DNA from: a virus
Taxonomy: Duplodnaviria; Caudoviricetes
IMG/VR virus record: IMGVR_UViG_3300007735_000746
Location: 1-47,362 of that record
Reading direction: 5' to 3' (one strand)
DNA: 47,362 nucleotides
Shown piece by piece: positions 9,430 to 19,865 of this stretch (the stretch's first letter is position 1; every line of letters starts with the position of its first letter). The notes beneath the pieces were generated by a model that was not told the DNA's origin, searched no databases, and saw only the letters and a program-made list of their open reading frames with translations. A program made the position numbers and the translations under genes.

Positions 9430-11385
9430 TTATGTTTGAGGGAAACTACCACCTCTTCCATCTGGTTGTATATCTACTCTAAATATTCCATAACGCCAGT
9501 TATCATTAATAGCATCACTTTCTATTTTAAGACTAGCTAATCGTGCTCTAGCACGTGTATCTACCTTATCAGTTGAGGTATCTATTGTAAATGGTCCAAT
9601 ATAAGTTTCTCCTTTAGCAACTGTTGTATCTGCTGGATAAGATCTTAAATAAATTGTAACATCAGCACTACCTTCTAAATTTTTAAAGTCTGGAATAAAT
9701 CTTCTAATCTTTAAAAAGTATTCTCCATTACCTTCAACATCTAATTCAAAATCTCCTGATCTAATATAACAAGATATTGCATTAGTAGATGTTGCACCTG
9801 TAGATAAATTTAATACTTCATTTTTACCTTTTTCTTGTGCAAAGTAATAAGATGCACCAGCGGTTACACCATTAATAACTGGAACTGTTGGTAATAAAGA
9901 TGTTTCATATTTAGTAGCATATGGAAATTTAAATACTTTAGAATCTTCATAAGTTGTTCTAGCTAAATCTCCAGTGACCCAAGTACCGTCTTCATAATTT
10001 AAAGTCACTATTCTATCTATATTATTAGAACCTGCTTTACAATAAAACCAATTAATTTCTGTATATAAAGTATTTAACCCACAATATACTTGTGCACCTT
10101 GTGCAAAGTTAATTCCAAGATTTTCAGTACCAACTGTTTTAAATACAAAATCTTCTACTAAACAAGATACATCACTAACAGTACCATCAAATTTAAAAAA
10201 TCCTCCAGAATCACCCATCCACCAAACTGCACCATTAACGAATCCTAAAGCATGTTTACCAATTAATCCGCAGTTAGAACCTACTTTTCTAATACTAAAT
10301 GTAAATGGAGTTCCAACATATTGAATAGTATAAGCTGCCGTATCTGTAATAACTAATATATAATCTTTTGCTCTAACAGCACCAATAATTGTTGTACCAT
10401 CATCTAATCTAAATGTACCTGCTGTGTTAGTAGAAGTTGGATCATATTGTTCTATATCTTCTTGATCAGAAAATCTTATAAACATTGGATCTTGAGTTGA
10501 AGGATTACCAATAGTTGTTTCTGTTCCAAGATGTAATAAATGTCTATCTCTATCGGATACAATTGTTTGAATACTTGCTGTTGGGTTATTTGGTACAACC
10601 GTTGCTCTTGTACTTACACCAGTTCCTCCATTAGGTTCCCATTTAAATGTTTTACTATTTTTAATAGTTGCAATTAAATTTTCTCCAAAGTTATCTAGTG
10701 ACCAATCTGCACCTTCAATCGTTGCATTAGATGTAGTTCTTGGTGTTCCCCAAGTTCCATCTCCCCATAATCCAGTTCCCCAACCATAACCTAAAGCAGA
10801 TATTAATGGACCTACAACATAATAAGGAGTTACTGTAGAAGATCCTTGGGCCGTCATTCCTGTTCCAGTTTCCGTTACAGCCATAGTCACTGTAAATGTA
10901 CCACTAGTAGGTACTGAATTAACTTCGAATGTATTTGTTGTAAAATCAGCTGCAACAAAACTTGTTGCTCCTCCACCTGGTAAAGTTACAGAAGTAAATA
11001 CAATATATTCACCAATCTCTAAATTGTGTGATGCTTTATTAACGGTTACAGTTTTAGATCCTGTTGTAGATGTAAAAGTACAAGATGTTAATTGTCTATC
11101 GGTATCTAATGGAGTAATATCATATAAACTATCTGCATCATAAACATATAAACATTTATTAGTTCCGAGAGCCGCGTATCGTCTACCAGTTAGATCGGTC
11201 CACGACCACTGTGCTCTTGCAGCACCTGCAATTAATTTATCTGTAATTTGTTCCCAACCACCAATCTTTTCAGGTGAACCATATCTAAATCTTACATTAT
11301 TTCCATCAATCCATTCACCCATAGCTTGTGAAGCTGTGGCTTGTTTATTGAATCCAGGTTTTAAAGGTATCTTTGCTAGTGGCAT
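9430..11385 (-). CDS. Tail nozzle/packaged-DNA stabilization protein (P22 gp10-like)
   Basis: 651 aa; NVRFRYGSPEKIGGW N-terminus, IRFSDQE, beta-propeller-like pattern, C-terminal DIQPDGR. Confidence 0.75.
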   Translation of the reverse strand: MPLAKIPLKPGFNKQATASQAMGEWIDGNNVRFRYGSPEKIGGWEQITDKLIAGAARAQWSWTDLTGRRYAALGTNKCLYVYDADSLYDITPLDTDRQLTSCTFTSTTGSKTVTVNKASHNLEIGEYIVFTSVTLPGGGATSFVAADFTTNTFEVNSVPTSGTFTVTMAVTETGTGMTAQGSSTVTPYYVVGPLISALGYGWGTGLWGDGTWGTPRTTSNATIEGADWSLDNFGENLIATIKNSKTFKWEPNGGTGVSTRATVVPNNPTASIQTIVSDRDRHLLHLGTETTIGNPSTQDPMFIRFSDQEDIEQYDPTSTNTAGTFRLDDGTTIIGAVRAKDYILVITDTAAYTIQYVGTPFTFSIRKVGSNCGLIGKHALGFVNGAVWWMGDSGGFFKFDGTVSDVSCLVEDFVFKTVGTENLGINFAQGAQVYCGLNTLYTEINWFYCKAGSNNIDRIVTLNYEDGTWVTGDLARTTYEDSKVFKFPYATKYETSLLPTVPVINGVTAGASYYFAQEKGKNEVLNLSTGATSTNAISCYIRSGDFELDVEGNGEYFLKIRRFIPDFKNLEGSADVTIYLRSYPADTTVAKGETYIGPFTIDTSTDKVDTRARARLASLKIESDAINDNWRYGIFRVDIQPDGRGGSFPQT

Positions 11386-11386
11386 A

Positions 11387-12310
11387 TTATAATGATTGTA
11401 ATGGATATTGAATATAAACTATTCCTTGTTGACCAGAAGAACCTCTTCCTCCGCCACCTCCATAGCTTCCTCCGTTTAAAGCATCTCCTGAATTACCAGC
11501 AGATCCTCCAGATCCACCAGAACTTCCTGTGCTACCGTTTGTAACTGTTGGTCCTAAATTTGTACCTCCACCTCCTCCACCTGTTGGTGAAAAGTCATAA
11601 CCAGGTTCTGTACCAGCACTTCCTCCATATAATCCTCCAGCTCCACCACCTCCAGAACTAAAGTCTCCACCACCTGGTGCTCTACCACTTCCTCCATTTG
11701 AACTTGGATTTTGTGCGCCAGCATATCCTTGATATCCATAAGAACTTTGACCATCTTGTGCAGATCCTCCACCACCTCCACCTTCATTTCCTCTTTCAGT
11801 TCCTCCAGATCCTCCACCACCTCCAGCTGCAACTAATATTGTTGTTCCTCGTATAATTAATGAAGCACCACCTCCACCTCCTCCAGATGCAGATGATCCA
11901 CCTGATCCAGCAGCTCCTCCTGTTCCACCAAATCCGTAATTTGTTCCTGAAATATTTACACCTAATCCGCCAGTACCTCCATCACTGTTACCTCCACCGT
12001 ATCGTCCACCACCTCCAACAGAGATATTTAATGTTTCAACATTAATAGATAAATTTGAATTTCTAACATACGCAGCTCCACCACCACCTCCTCCAGTTCC
12101 AGCTCCACCTCCTCCTCCGCCACCCCACATGATGACATCTACAGTGCCGTATTGGCCTGCATTAGTTATTACAAATTGATTACCACCTGCTGAAGCAAAA
12201 GTATGACGTCTCCACAGTTTTCCACCAATAGTTACATCACTGATAGTTCCACCCGTGGCTATTACGGAGTTAAATCCTCCAGAGCCTATTAAAAAAGGAT
12301 AAAGAGTCAT
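11387..12310 (-). CDS. Glycine-rich tail fibre/receptor-binding domain protein
   Basis: ATGGT...HTF...GGGGGG...GIVYIQY architecture. Confidence 0.7.
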   Translation of the reverse strand: MTLYPFLIGSGGFNSVIATGGTISDVTIGGKLWRRHTFASAGGNQFVITNAGQYGTVDVIMWGGGGGGGAGTGGGGGGAAYVRNSNLSINVETLNISVGGGGRYGGGNSDGGTGGLGVNISGTNYGFGGTGGAAGSGGSSASGGGGGGASLIIRGTTILVAAGGGGGSGGTERGNEGGGGGGSAQDGQSSYGYQGYAGAQNPSSNGGSGRAPGGGDFSSGGGGAGGLYGGSAGTEPGYDFSPTGGGGGGTNLGPTVTNGSTGSSGGSGGSAGNSGDALNGGSYGGGGGRGSSGQQGIVYIQYPLQSL

Positions 12311-12315
12311 TGTGT

Positions 12316-13233
12316 TTAACTAAGTCCACCACCTGTAATTACAAATGTGTTGGTTGTTACGCAATAAACAGTAGCTAATCCTTTTTGAGCTAGTGTTCTA
12401 TTTCCTGTGTTAGCTGTTCCTACTTGATACATAGTTACACTTGTGCTTTGTGTAATAGTTATATCTGTAGTTCCGCTATTAAAGATTACTGCATTTTGTC
12501 CTGATGAAAATATACTTGGTGGTACAATAACGTTTGAACTTGTAGATATACATTTACCGTGGTCCGTGGCTGTTAGAGTATAGGCACTTGTTGCTGTGTT
12601 TAACGGAACAAGTCTCAACTCCCCTTTAGAATCATTATTTGTTGCACCTGTTAAAGTTGTACAAGATATAGTTGTTCCTGTTAATGTAGTTGCTGTTGCA
12701 GTAGTTGCAAGAAATGTATTTGTTGAAACGTTTGTTGTTGCAATTAAATTACCAACGGTTAGACTTTGTGCAGTGGTACTACCATAAGTTAATACTTGAT
12801 CAATGGTCATTGTGCCACCTAAAGTACTTAAAGTAATTGCATTAATATTTGTGCCATCAGAATAAGCACCATTAACTTTACCTGAAGTTAATGCAAATCC
12901 TGTTCCAGAAGTTGTTTTTAATGTTAATGTATATCCAGCTCTTGTTGTTGAATCTTTTACAAAATATAATTTTTCAATACCATCAGGTACGTTAATAGTA
13001 GAATTTCCAGTTAAAGTTCCTGTTAATTCAAGCACCATATTTCTAGCATTAGAAATAGCTGCGTTACTCATTACCAAAGTAGTGGTAGTAGAAGTTAAAG
13101 CAACTGATTGATAGCCAGCGACTGCTTGTTGTATTAAGTTTAAATTGGTATTAGTTTTATCTCCCCAGGTATTCGAGTTTTCACCCGTTACCATTAATTC
13201 TAGTTTAAGATCTGTTGAATAAGATGATGCCAT
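12316..13233 (-). CDS. Tail fibre/baseplate-like protein
   Basis: MASSYSTDLKLELMVTGENSNTWGDKTN N-terminus typical of this phage group; Thr-rich. Confidence 0.7.
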   Translation of the reverse strand: MASSYSTDLKLELMVTGENSNTWGDKTNTNLNLIQQAVAGYQSVALTSTTTTLVMSNAAISNARNMVLELTGTLTGNSTINVPDGIEKLYFVKDSTTRAGYTLTLKTTSGTGFALTSGKVNGAYSDGTNINAITLSTLGGTMTIDQVLTYGSTTAQSLTVGNLIATTNVSTNTFLATTATATTLTGTTISCTTLTGATNNDSKGELRLVPLNTATSAYTLTATDHGKCISTSSNVIVPPSIFSSGQNAVIFNSGTTDITITQSTSVTMYQVGTANTGNRTLAQKGLATVYCVTTNTFVITGGGLS

Positions 13234-13241
13234 AAGTCTTT

Positions 13242-13270
13242 ATTATATAATCATTAAGCCGCTATATCAA
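13242..13270 (-). promoter_or_regulatory. Putative sigma70-type promoter TTGATA-17-TATAAT
   Basis: Near-consensus hexamers; -10 ends 8 nt before ATG 13233 (near-leaderless). Confidence 0.55.
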
Positions 13271-14099
13271 CCACGGTCCATGTATTAGTTGCGTTGATAT
13301 TAACCACTGCCCAAGCGTCTATAAATGTTTTACCAACATTTGTTGTTAATTGTACTCCAGTTACTTGAACACCAATTGAAATTACAACTGAACCTGTAGC
13401 TGTACTTAATCGACTGCCTGTAACAAAAGCTTCATTATCAATTCTAACAGATACAGTATTTGTTGTTAATGTTAATATATTAGTTGATAAATTTACAGTA
13501 GCATTTGCTGTAGTTTGTTCATTACCTAAAGATACTGTTAATAAATTAGTTGATACAAAAACATTAGCTTCAGCTGTAATACTTACAGCAGCAACTGTTG
13601 TATTTAATGTAACTCCAGTAACATTTATTAAAGACACTGCTTGAGCATCAACACTATTAACAGTTGAATATAACTGTTGTCCTATTACATATTGTTCACT
13701 TAAAATATCTATAACTACAGTATTAACTGTAGACTCAAGTTCTATTTCAGCACCTGCTGCAACGAAAACATTTCCTCCTGCTTCAATAGAAACGCTTGCA
13801 ACATTACTTTGAATTAAATTTGTAGATAGATAAATTGTTTCATCTAAAAAGAATGAAACATTACCTTGTGCTGTTGTTAATAAGTTTGTAGTAACATTAA
13901 CATCCGCATTAGCTTTGGCTGCGGCATTACCTAAAGTAATAGTTAATAAATTTGTGTTTACATTTACAATAGCATCCGCTTGTACAGATACACTTGATAT
14001 GGCTGTTGCAGCACTTACACCAGTAACTTCTACTGATTGATTTATAATACCTTCTGATGAAAAAGGTGCTTCTGCAAATGCTGTTGCTCCAAAAAACAT
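13254..14099 (-). CDS. Tail structural protein with internal beta repeats
   Basis: MFFGATAFAEAPFS N-terminus; repeated V.V.TNLLT units. Confidence 0.65.
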   Translation of the reverse strand: MFFGATAFAEAPFSSEGIINQSVEVTGVSAATAISSVSVQADAIVNVNTNLLTITLGNAAAKANADVNVTTNLLTTAQGNVSFFLDETIYLSTNLIQSNVASVSIEAGGNVFVAAGAEIELESTVNTVVIDILSEQYVIGQQLYSTVNSVDAQAVSLINVTGVTLNTTVAAVSITAEANVFVSTNLLTVSLGNEQTTANATVNLSTNILTLTTNTVSVRIDNEAFVTGSRLSTATGSVVISIGVQVTGVQLTTNVGKTFIDAWAVVNINATNTWTVVDIAA

Positions 14100-14108
14100 A
14101 ATATAATC

Positions 14109-14157
14109 CTATAGTGGGAAGGGTTGGTGTATAGGTGGAAGACCCCTCCCAATATAG
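14109..14157 (-). other. Intergenic stem-loop overlapping RBS of 14099 gene
   Basis: TGGGAAGGGT(14115-14124)/ACCCCTCCCA(14142-14151) plus outer CTATA/TATAG; mismatch becomes G-U on minus strand. Confidence 0.5.
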
Positions 14158-14164
14158 AATTATA

Positions 14165-14827
14165 TCATTTCTTAAACCAGCTCGGAAGACCTAGGTGTTT
14201 TCTTTTATCAAAGATATTGTCTTTTGCACCTTTAGTTGCAGCATTATTATAATGTAAAAATACTTGGCCACAATCTTGACCATTAAATTCATCTCGCCAA
14301 TGTTCTAATAGATTACCTCTGTAGACTAACATATCTCCAGGTTTTAAATTTACTTTAATACCTTTTGTATTATCAGAAATATAACCTTTACCTTCTACAA
14401 CTCCGCCCATTTTAGGATTTGGTTCAATATAAATTGGCCATGGGTCTCCACCTAAATTTAATGTTGTAGATATTTCACAACTAAATCTATCTTTGTGACG
14501 ATGTAATATATCTCCTTTTTTATAAATTCTTGCATAAGAATAAGTTGGAATTAATTTTACTCCTGTTTGTTTTTCCATAATAGGTTGAACTAACAATAAT
14601 AAAGTTTCCATAGCTATGTCTGAATAATGAGAATAAGTATTTGGAACTTGTTCATCATTCCATACACCAAACTCTGTAGTGAATGGAGATATGTATCTTT
14701 CATCAAACATTGTTCTTGCAACTTGCCTTTTCATTAAAAAGTAATTGTAAACAAAGTTTGCAATTTTTGGATCTATTGCTTTTTCAATTACAGTAAATCT
14801 ATCTTTTTTAAAATTATATTTAGACAT
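14165..14827 (-). CDS. 2OG-Fe(II) oxygenase family protein
   Basis: HKD (HxD), distal EHWR, QVFLHY. Confidence 0.8.
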   Translation of the reverse strand: MSKYNFKKDRFTVIEKAIDPKIANFVYNYFLMKRQVARTMFDERYISPFTTEFGVWNDEQVPNTYSHYSDIAMETLLLLVQPIMEKQTGVKLIPTYSYARIYKKGDILHRHKDRFSCEISTTLNLGGDPWPIYIEPNPKMGGVVEGKGYISDNTKGIKVNLKPGDMLVYRGNLLEHWRDEFNGQDCGQVFLHYNNAATKGAKDNIFDKRKHLGLPSWFKK

Positions 14828-15452
14828 TTACTTTTGCCATTTCTTTAGGAACTGCTTGTATATTAAAATGAATAAATCTAAAAGGTTCTTTACCATGATC
14901 TACTGCATATTCATGTTCCATGTATCCTGGAAAGAATATAAGTGTTCCTGGTTTTACTTTAAAGTGTATAAGTTCAGTACCATGAGTGATTGCATCTGGT
15001 TTTTTGAGTTTTAATTTTGTACAACGTGCACCTGTTCTAGGTTCATGAAATATTGGATAAGAAGTATTTTCACTTGCTTTAAGAAAATAAAATCCACCTA
15101 CATGTTGATTCCAATGAATATGAGCAGAATGGTGACCGCCACCATTTTTAGCAAATTCTTGTACCCAGCTTTCAGAAAAGAAAGTTGTATATAGTTGCAT
15201 ATCAAATCCTTGCCAATCTAAAAACTCCCAAGCTTTTTGACCTACATAATTATGAAAGTCTCTAAATTTAGTATCTGCAGTTAATGGTGTTGAATGATAG
15301 GATGTACCAAAATCGTTTGTTTTTTTAATATCTGCTTTTCTTAAATCTCTAGCATCTTTAATATATTTGTCTGTTGCTTTAGTAAGCGACTTTACAAATT
15401 CTGGTTTTTCTTCCATCCAGATTGGTGTTTTAAAATATTCGTTTATAAACAT
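14820..15452 (-). CDS. Putative 2OG-Fe(II) oxygenase (TIGR02466-like)
   Basis: HSAHIH, PGTLIFFPGYMEH, RFIHFN. Confidence 0.8.
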   Translation of the reverse strand: MFINEYFKTPIWMEEKPEFVKSLTKATDKYIKDARDLRKADIKKTNDFGTSYHSTPLTADTKFRDFHNYVGQKAWEFLDWQGFDMQLYTTFFSESWVQEFAKNGGGHHSAHIHWNQHVGGFYFLKASENTSYPIFHEPRTGARCTKLKLKKPDAITHGTELIHFKVKPGTLIFFPGYMEHEYAVDHGKEPFRFIHFNIQAVPKEMAKVNV

Positions 15453-15453
15453 A

Positions 15454-16101
15454 TTATTTAAATGGATATCCTAAGTTCCAAATAACTAAAGAATATCTAG
15501 TTCCTCTCGTTACAGGTTGTACTCTATGCCACACAAAAGAAGGAAACACAACGATAGAGCCTTTAGGAAGTATTTCCTTTACGGTCAACACATGTCTATC
15601 TTCATCACGCATGTGTGGATCATAATTTCTACAATCGAACTGTAATTCGCCACCTGCATATTCTGAGCCATCAGTTAACTGACAAGTTACAGATAATTTT
15701 CTAATTTTACCATGACTGTTTGGATCTTCTGGTTTATCATATGGCTTATCCCAAGAATCCGCATGCCAATCATAATATTGATTTAACTTATATTTAGTAA
15801 ATTGGCAAGACTCAGAAAAGTTCCAATCAAAATTCCAACCTGCTAATTTATTAGCTTCATGTATGTATGGATGGATTTCTTTATAAATCCAAGTATCATT
15901 TAACCATACAATATTAGAATTTCTTTTCTTTTTTAAATCTACAATTTCTTCTTCTTTTAATGGTTTATTTTTTAAGTTTCTTGTAAAACCACCTGTTAAA
16001 GCTAAATCTTCTTGATGTTGTAATCCATATTTAATAACTTCATCACAAAACTTTGGAGTTAAAGCTGATTTAAAGTACCAGTAATAATTAGATAAATTCA
16101 T
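15454..16101 (-). CDS. Prolyl-4-hydroxylase-like 2OG-Fe(II) oxygenase
   Basis: YDWHAD, RKLS, FPSFVWHRVQPVTRGTRYSLV. Confidence 0.85.
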   Translation of the reverse strand: MNLSNYYWYFKSALTPKFCDEVIKYGLQHQEDLALTGGFTRNLKNKPLKEEEIVDLKKKRNSNIVWLNDTWIYKEIHPYIHEANKLAGWNFDWNFSESCQFTKYKLNQYYDWHADSWDKPYDKPEDPNSHGKIRKLSVTCQLTDGSEYAGGELQFDCRNYDPHMRDEDRHVLTVKEILPKGSIVVFPSFVWHRVQPVTRGTRYSLVIWNLGYPFK

Positions 16102-16597
16102 AAGTCGTGGTTAATATAAAATTTAATTGTTCTGATGTATTAGCAGTTATATGATATCTTTGTGTAGATGGGAACATTACAAAATCATTATTGTTTAAAG
16201 GTATTTCCCAACTTCTACCTTTTCTTCTATTATCATCATATTCAATAAATACTCTACAAGAATCTTTTCCAACATTTACTCCATAAAGCATTACGTAATC
16301 TGGTGAATGTCTTAAATCTACAGGATCAACTTGTAGATAAGAATGTGAATGTTGTCTTGGTTTATAAATATTACCAATTGTTTTTTTATGAACTAATGTG
16401 AAACCATATTCTAAATTAATATGTTCTCTTAAATATGTTTGTAACATATCCCAAGACCTAGAAAATGGAAATTCTCTATTATAAATTACGGAGGATAAAA
16501 TATCTGCTCCTAATTTTTCTCGGTCTATTTCAAAACCTTTAGGCATTTCTACTTGACCGAAATGTAGGTCTATTTGAGATAATATTTTCTTATGCAT
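16088..16597 (-). CDS. Divergent 2OG-Fe(II) oxygenase-like protein
   Basis: FVMFPSTQRYHI C-terminal pattern; proximal metal motif atypical. Confidence 0.55.
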   Translation of the reverse strand: MHKKILSQIDLHFGQVEMPKGFEIDREKLGADILSSVIYNREFPFSRSWDMLQTYLREHINLEYGFTLVHKKTIGNIYKPRQHSHSYLQVDPVDLRHSPDYVMLYGVNVGKDSCRVFIEYDDNRRKGRSWEIPLNNNDFVMFPSTQRYHITANTSEQLNFILTTTYEFI

Positions 16598-16643
16598 AAC
16601 ACCGTATGCAATAGATATATACTGTTTAATTAAAAGTCAACAA

Positions 16644-17078
16644 TTAAGAGATAGTCTTTAAATCCCAAGACTGTCCAGCTTCATTCCACTGATAGTAAGA
16701 TTTAGCTGCAATTTGTTCTTCAGTTAATGCTGGTGCATCACCAATTGGTGATTTCCAAGATGCTGTTGGAATATGTTTTACCCATGAAGCATAAGGTTTT
16801 TTTGGCCAAAAGATTTGATCATCTTCATCCCAAGTATAACCAATACCTGCATAATTTCCTCTAAATGCTTTTGTATTATCACCAGAAGAATGTTTTCCAC
16901 CAGATGTATTATAAGATGTTTGAATCCACATCTGAGCTGGCCAGTTATTGTGTCTTTCTAAATATTGTTGACCAACTGATTCGTCTTCAACTCCAGAAGC
17001 ATTTAGCATATCACTGTTGTTCAGTGTTAATACTGCTATAACTTTTCCGTTAGCTCCTAATTTTGCAAAATGTGCCAT
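16644..17078 (-). CDS. Conserved tail-fibre-associated protein
   Basis: MAHFAKL..., WIQTSYN, FRGNYAGIGYT, KPYASW motifs; follows Gly-rich fibres. Confidence 0.65.
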   Translation of the reverse strand: MAHFAKLGANGKVIAVLTLNNSDMLNASGVEDESVGQQYLERHNNWPAQMWIQTSYNTSGGKHSSGDNTKAFRGNYAGIGYTWDEDDQIFWPKKPYASWVKHIPTASWKSPIGDAPALTEEQIAAKSYYQWNEAGQSWDLKTIS

Positions 17079-17089
17079 AATTTTCTCCT

Positions 17090-17118
17090 ATTATAATTTA
17101 GTTTTTGTTAATTGTAAA
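17090..17118 (-). promoter_or_regulatory. Putative sigma70-type promoter TTTACA-17-TATAAT
   Basis: Intergenic, followed by AGGAG RBS and ATG 17078. Confidence 0.55.
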
Positions 17119-17128
17119 TCCATAATTT

Positions 17129-18592
17129 TTACTGAAATTTATATCTAATAACAACTATTCCTGAACCTCCAGCCCCTGAATTACCACCAGATATACTAAA
17201 ATTATTTGCTCCACCTCCTCCACCTGTGTTAGTAACTCCTGGATCACCTCCATTATTTGCTCCTGTACCACCACCTCCAGCTCCACCTGTTGAAGATGTC
17301 CCTCCAGGAATAAAAGCAGATCCTCCTCCACCTCCTGCAAAATATCTTCCAGGGGCTGGTCCTGGAGTTCCATATGAAGGTGCTGTTGGTCCAAAGAATG
17401 CTGTTGCTATTGGTGAACCTGCTCCGCCATTTCCTGCATTAATTCCATTAGAATTACTACCAGCAACACTAGCTCCACCTCCTCCTGCACCAGCAGCACC
17501 TGGAGCAGTTCCTCCAGGATTACCTTGTGAAGGACTTGTTGGTGGTGAATTTCCTGCTCCACCTGCTCTTCCACCAGGTCTTGTTTCTGCCATAGCTCCT
17601 CCACCTGAACCACCTGCTTTACCAACACCATCTAAAGGTCCGTTAAATCTTCCACCTCCTCCACCACCATTAGACGTTATAGTTGAAAAAACTGAATTAT
17701 TTCCATTAACTCCTTCTCCTAAAGGAACACTAGAACTACATCCTGCTGCTCCTCCAGCTCCAACTGTAATTGGATAAGCTGTTGCTGTAACTGGTAATCC
17801 TGCTGTTGCTGGACTTGGATAGTTTTGACGATATCCTCCAGCTCCACCTCCACCAGCGGCATTATAACCAGCTCCTCCACCTCCAGCTACTACTAAATAT
17901 TCTACTGAATTAGAACCTAATGTATTACCAGCACAAGAAACTGTAAAAGTACCTGGTCCTGTAAATACGTGAGTTTTATAATCTCCACATGTTAAAACTG
18001 TTCCACCTGTTGCTGCAACGAATAATGAACTATTAACATTAGAAAAAGCTCCAGTATTAACTAATCTCCATCCCTCTGTAGCATCTACGTAAATAAAAAA
18101 TGCTGTACTGTTACTTACATTACATGTAAAATTTGAAGCAGCTCCATTAATATTAGAACTATTTCTTCCAATAGTTAAATTATTAGTTGCCCATGTTCCT
18201 GTGTAATCTGAAAAAGCAACTATATCTCCAGCTGAAGGTGTTGCTGGAAGTGTTGCTGTGAATGCAGCACTAGTAGTATCACAAAAATATCCATTGCTAC
18301 TTACCGCTGTAAATCCTGTCGTTTTTTTAGTAGTATCCCAGTTTACTGTTCCTGTTCTTCCAAAACCTGTTTGAGAAGCACCTGAAGCAACAGCAATGGT
18401 TGCGCCACTAAATCCTAATGTAATAGTTGTAGCATTGGTTTGAGTAATAATTGAACTTGTACTTAAATTTTTAATTGCATCTGTATTTAAATTAACACCT
18501 GTTGGTACAATAATTGTATCTCCACTGTCGCCCAATGTTAATTGAGTACATGTTTGTTTAGGACTAATTTTATTTACTTTTATTTCACTCAT
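17129..18592 (-). CDS. Glycine-rich tail fibre protein, paralog 3
   Basis: WDTTKKT...GYFCDTT...LPATPSAG domain plus ATGGT/HVFTGPG/YLVVAGGG Gly-rich domain. Confidence 0.8.
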   Translation of the reverse strand: MSEIKVNKISPKQTCTQLTLGDSGDTIIVPTGVNLNTDAIKNLSTSSIITQTNATTITLGFSGATIAVASGASQTGFGRTGTVNWDTTKKTTGFTAVSSNGYFCDTTSAAFTATLPATPSAGDIVAFSDYTGTWATNNLTIGRNSSNINGAASNFTCNVSNSTAFFIYVDATEGWRLVNTGAFSNVNSSLFVAATGGTVLTCGDYKTHVFTGPGTFTVSCAGNTLGSNSVEYLVVAGGGGAGYNAAGGGGAGGYRQNYPSPATAGLPVTATAYPITVGAGGAAGCSSSVPLGEGVNGNNSVFSTITSNGGGGGGRFNGPLDGVGKAGGSGGGAMAETRPGGRAGGAGNSPPTSPSQGNPGGTAPGAAGAGGGGASVAGSNSNGINAGNGGAGSPIATAFFGPTAPSYGTPGPAPGRYFAGGGGGSAFIPGGTSSTGGAGGGGTGANNGGDPGVTNTGGGGGANNFSISGGNSGAGGSGIVVIRYKFQ

Positions 18593-18601
18593 AATTTTAT
18601 T

Positions 18602-19858
18602 TTATTGGTATCTATATCTTATTACAACCACTCCACTACCAGAATTATTTCCATTTTTATTTCCACCAAAACCTCTATTTGTAGGTGGACCTAAAGGTGC
18701 ACTAGGAGATGGCGAATTATCACCAAATCCTCCGTATGCATAATTAAGAGGTGAACCAGTAATTGATGAAGCAACACCATTTCCATAAACTCCAGCAGAT
18801 GTACCAGCGGTTGCTGCCCCTCCTCCTCCACCAGCACATTCACTACTACCCCCAGCTCCTGGTCCTCCATTATTACCTTGAGGCGGACTTACAGGCGGTG
18901 TATTTCCAGATCCTCCTGCACTTCCAGTAAAATCACCTGCTCCACCACCAGAACCACCAGATTGTCCAGCAGTTCCTCTATCTCCTCCTCCACCTCCTGC
19001 TGTAGATGTAATTCCTAAACCTGTTGAAGGAGTTCCTGGACCACCACTTGACCCAAGACTTCCTGATGAAGGTCCTCCAGCACCAATTGTAATTGGATAA
19101 GAAGTTGCTGTGACTGGTATTGCCGAAACACCTGAAGTTAATGGGGCAGGTCCAGCTGTATAACAACCAGTAGCTGTTCCAGAGGATGCTCTAAATCCAC
19201 CAGCACCTCCACCAGACACAGCAGAAGATCCACCTCCACCAGCTACTACTAAATAATCTACAACATTATTAGTTGGACTACTTGCAGTAGAAGTAACTGT
19301 AAAAGTTCCTGGGCCTGTAAATGTATGAATTTTGTAATTACCAGAAGTTGTTATTGTTCCACCTGTTGCTGCTACATACGTAGCACCAGTAACATAAGTA
19401 GCATCTCCTACGTTAACCCAACCTCTTGTTGAATCTACATAAACAAAAGTTACTGACTGACCTTGTGTATTTAAACTTGCTGGAGCCGCAACTCCTCCAA
19501 TTTTTTCTGATCCATTAGCATTTAATGTAACATTATTTGTATTCCAGGTCCCTGCATAATCAGATAAAGCAACAACAGATCCTGCAGATCCAGCAGGTAA
19601 ATTTACTGTAACTGCTCCAGATGTTGTATTAATAAAATAACCTACACCTGACGCTGCTGTCACTGTTGTAGTTTTAGCTGTAGTGTCCCAATTAATTGCA
19701 CCATTATAAGTTGCACCAAAACCAGAAGACGATGCCCCTGATGCAAGAGCAACGGTTTGTCCAGATGTACCAATAGTAATTGTTGTACTATTCGTTTGAG
19801 TAATGAGAGTACTCGTATTTGAATTCTGTATTGTATCTGTTCTTAATATTCCTGCCAT
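18602..19858 (-). CDS. Glycine-rich tail fibre protein, paralog 2
   Basis: Same two-domain architecture as neighbours. Confidence 0.8.
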   Translation of the reverse strand: MAGILRTDTIQNSNTSTLITQTNSTTITIGTSGQTVALASGASSSGFGATYNGAINWDTTAKTTTVTAASGVGYFINTTSGAVTVNLPAGSAGSVVALSDYAGTWNTNNVTLNANGSEKIGGVAAPASLNTQGQSVTFVYVDSTRGWVNVGDATYVTGATYVAATGGTITTSGNYKIHTFTGPGTFTVTSTASSPTNNVVDYLVVAGGGGSSAVSGGGAGGFRASSGTATGCYTAGPAPLTSGVSAIPVTATSYPITIGAGGPSSGSLGSSGGPGTPSTGLGITSTAGGGGGDRGTAGQSGGSGGGAGDFTGSAGGSGNTPPVSPPQGNNGGPGAGGSSECAGGGGGAATAGTSAGVYGNGVASSITGSPLNYAYGGFGDNSPSPSAPLGPPTNRGFGGNKNGNNSGSGVVVIRYRYQ

Positions 19859-19865
19859 AAATTAC

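Noticed and set aside
17226-17777. 183-aa Pro-rich plus-strand ORF
   Set aside because: Reverse complement of GGW codons in the Gly-rich fibre; no RBS
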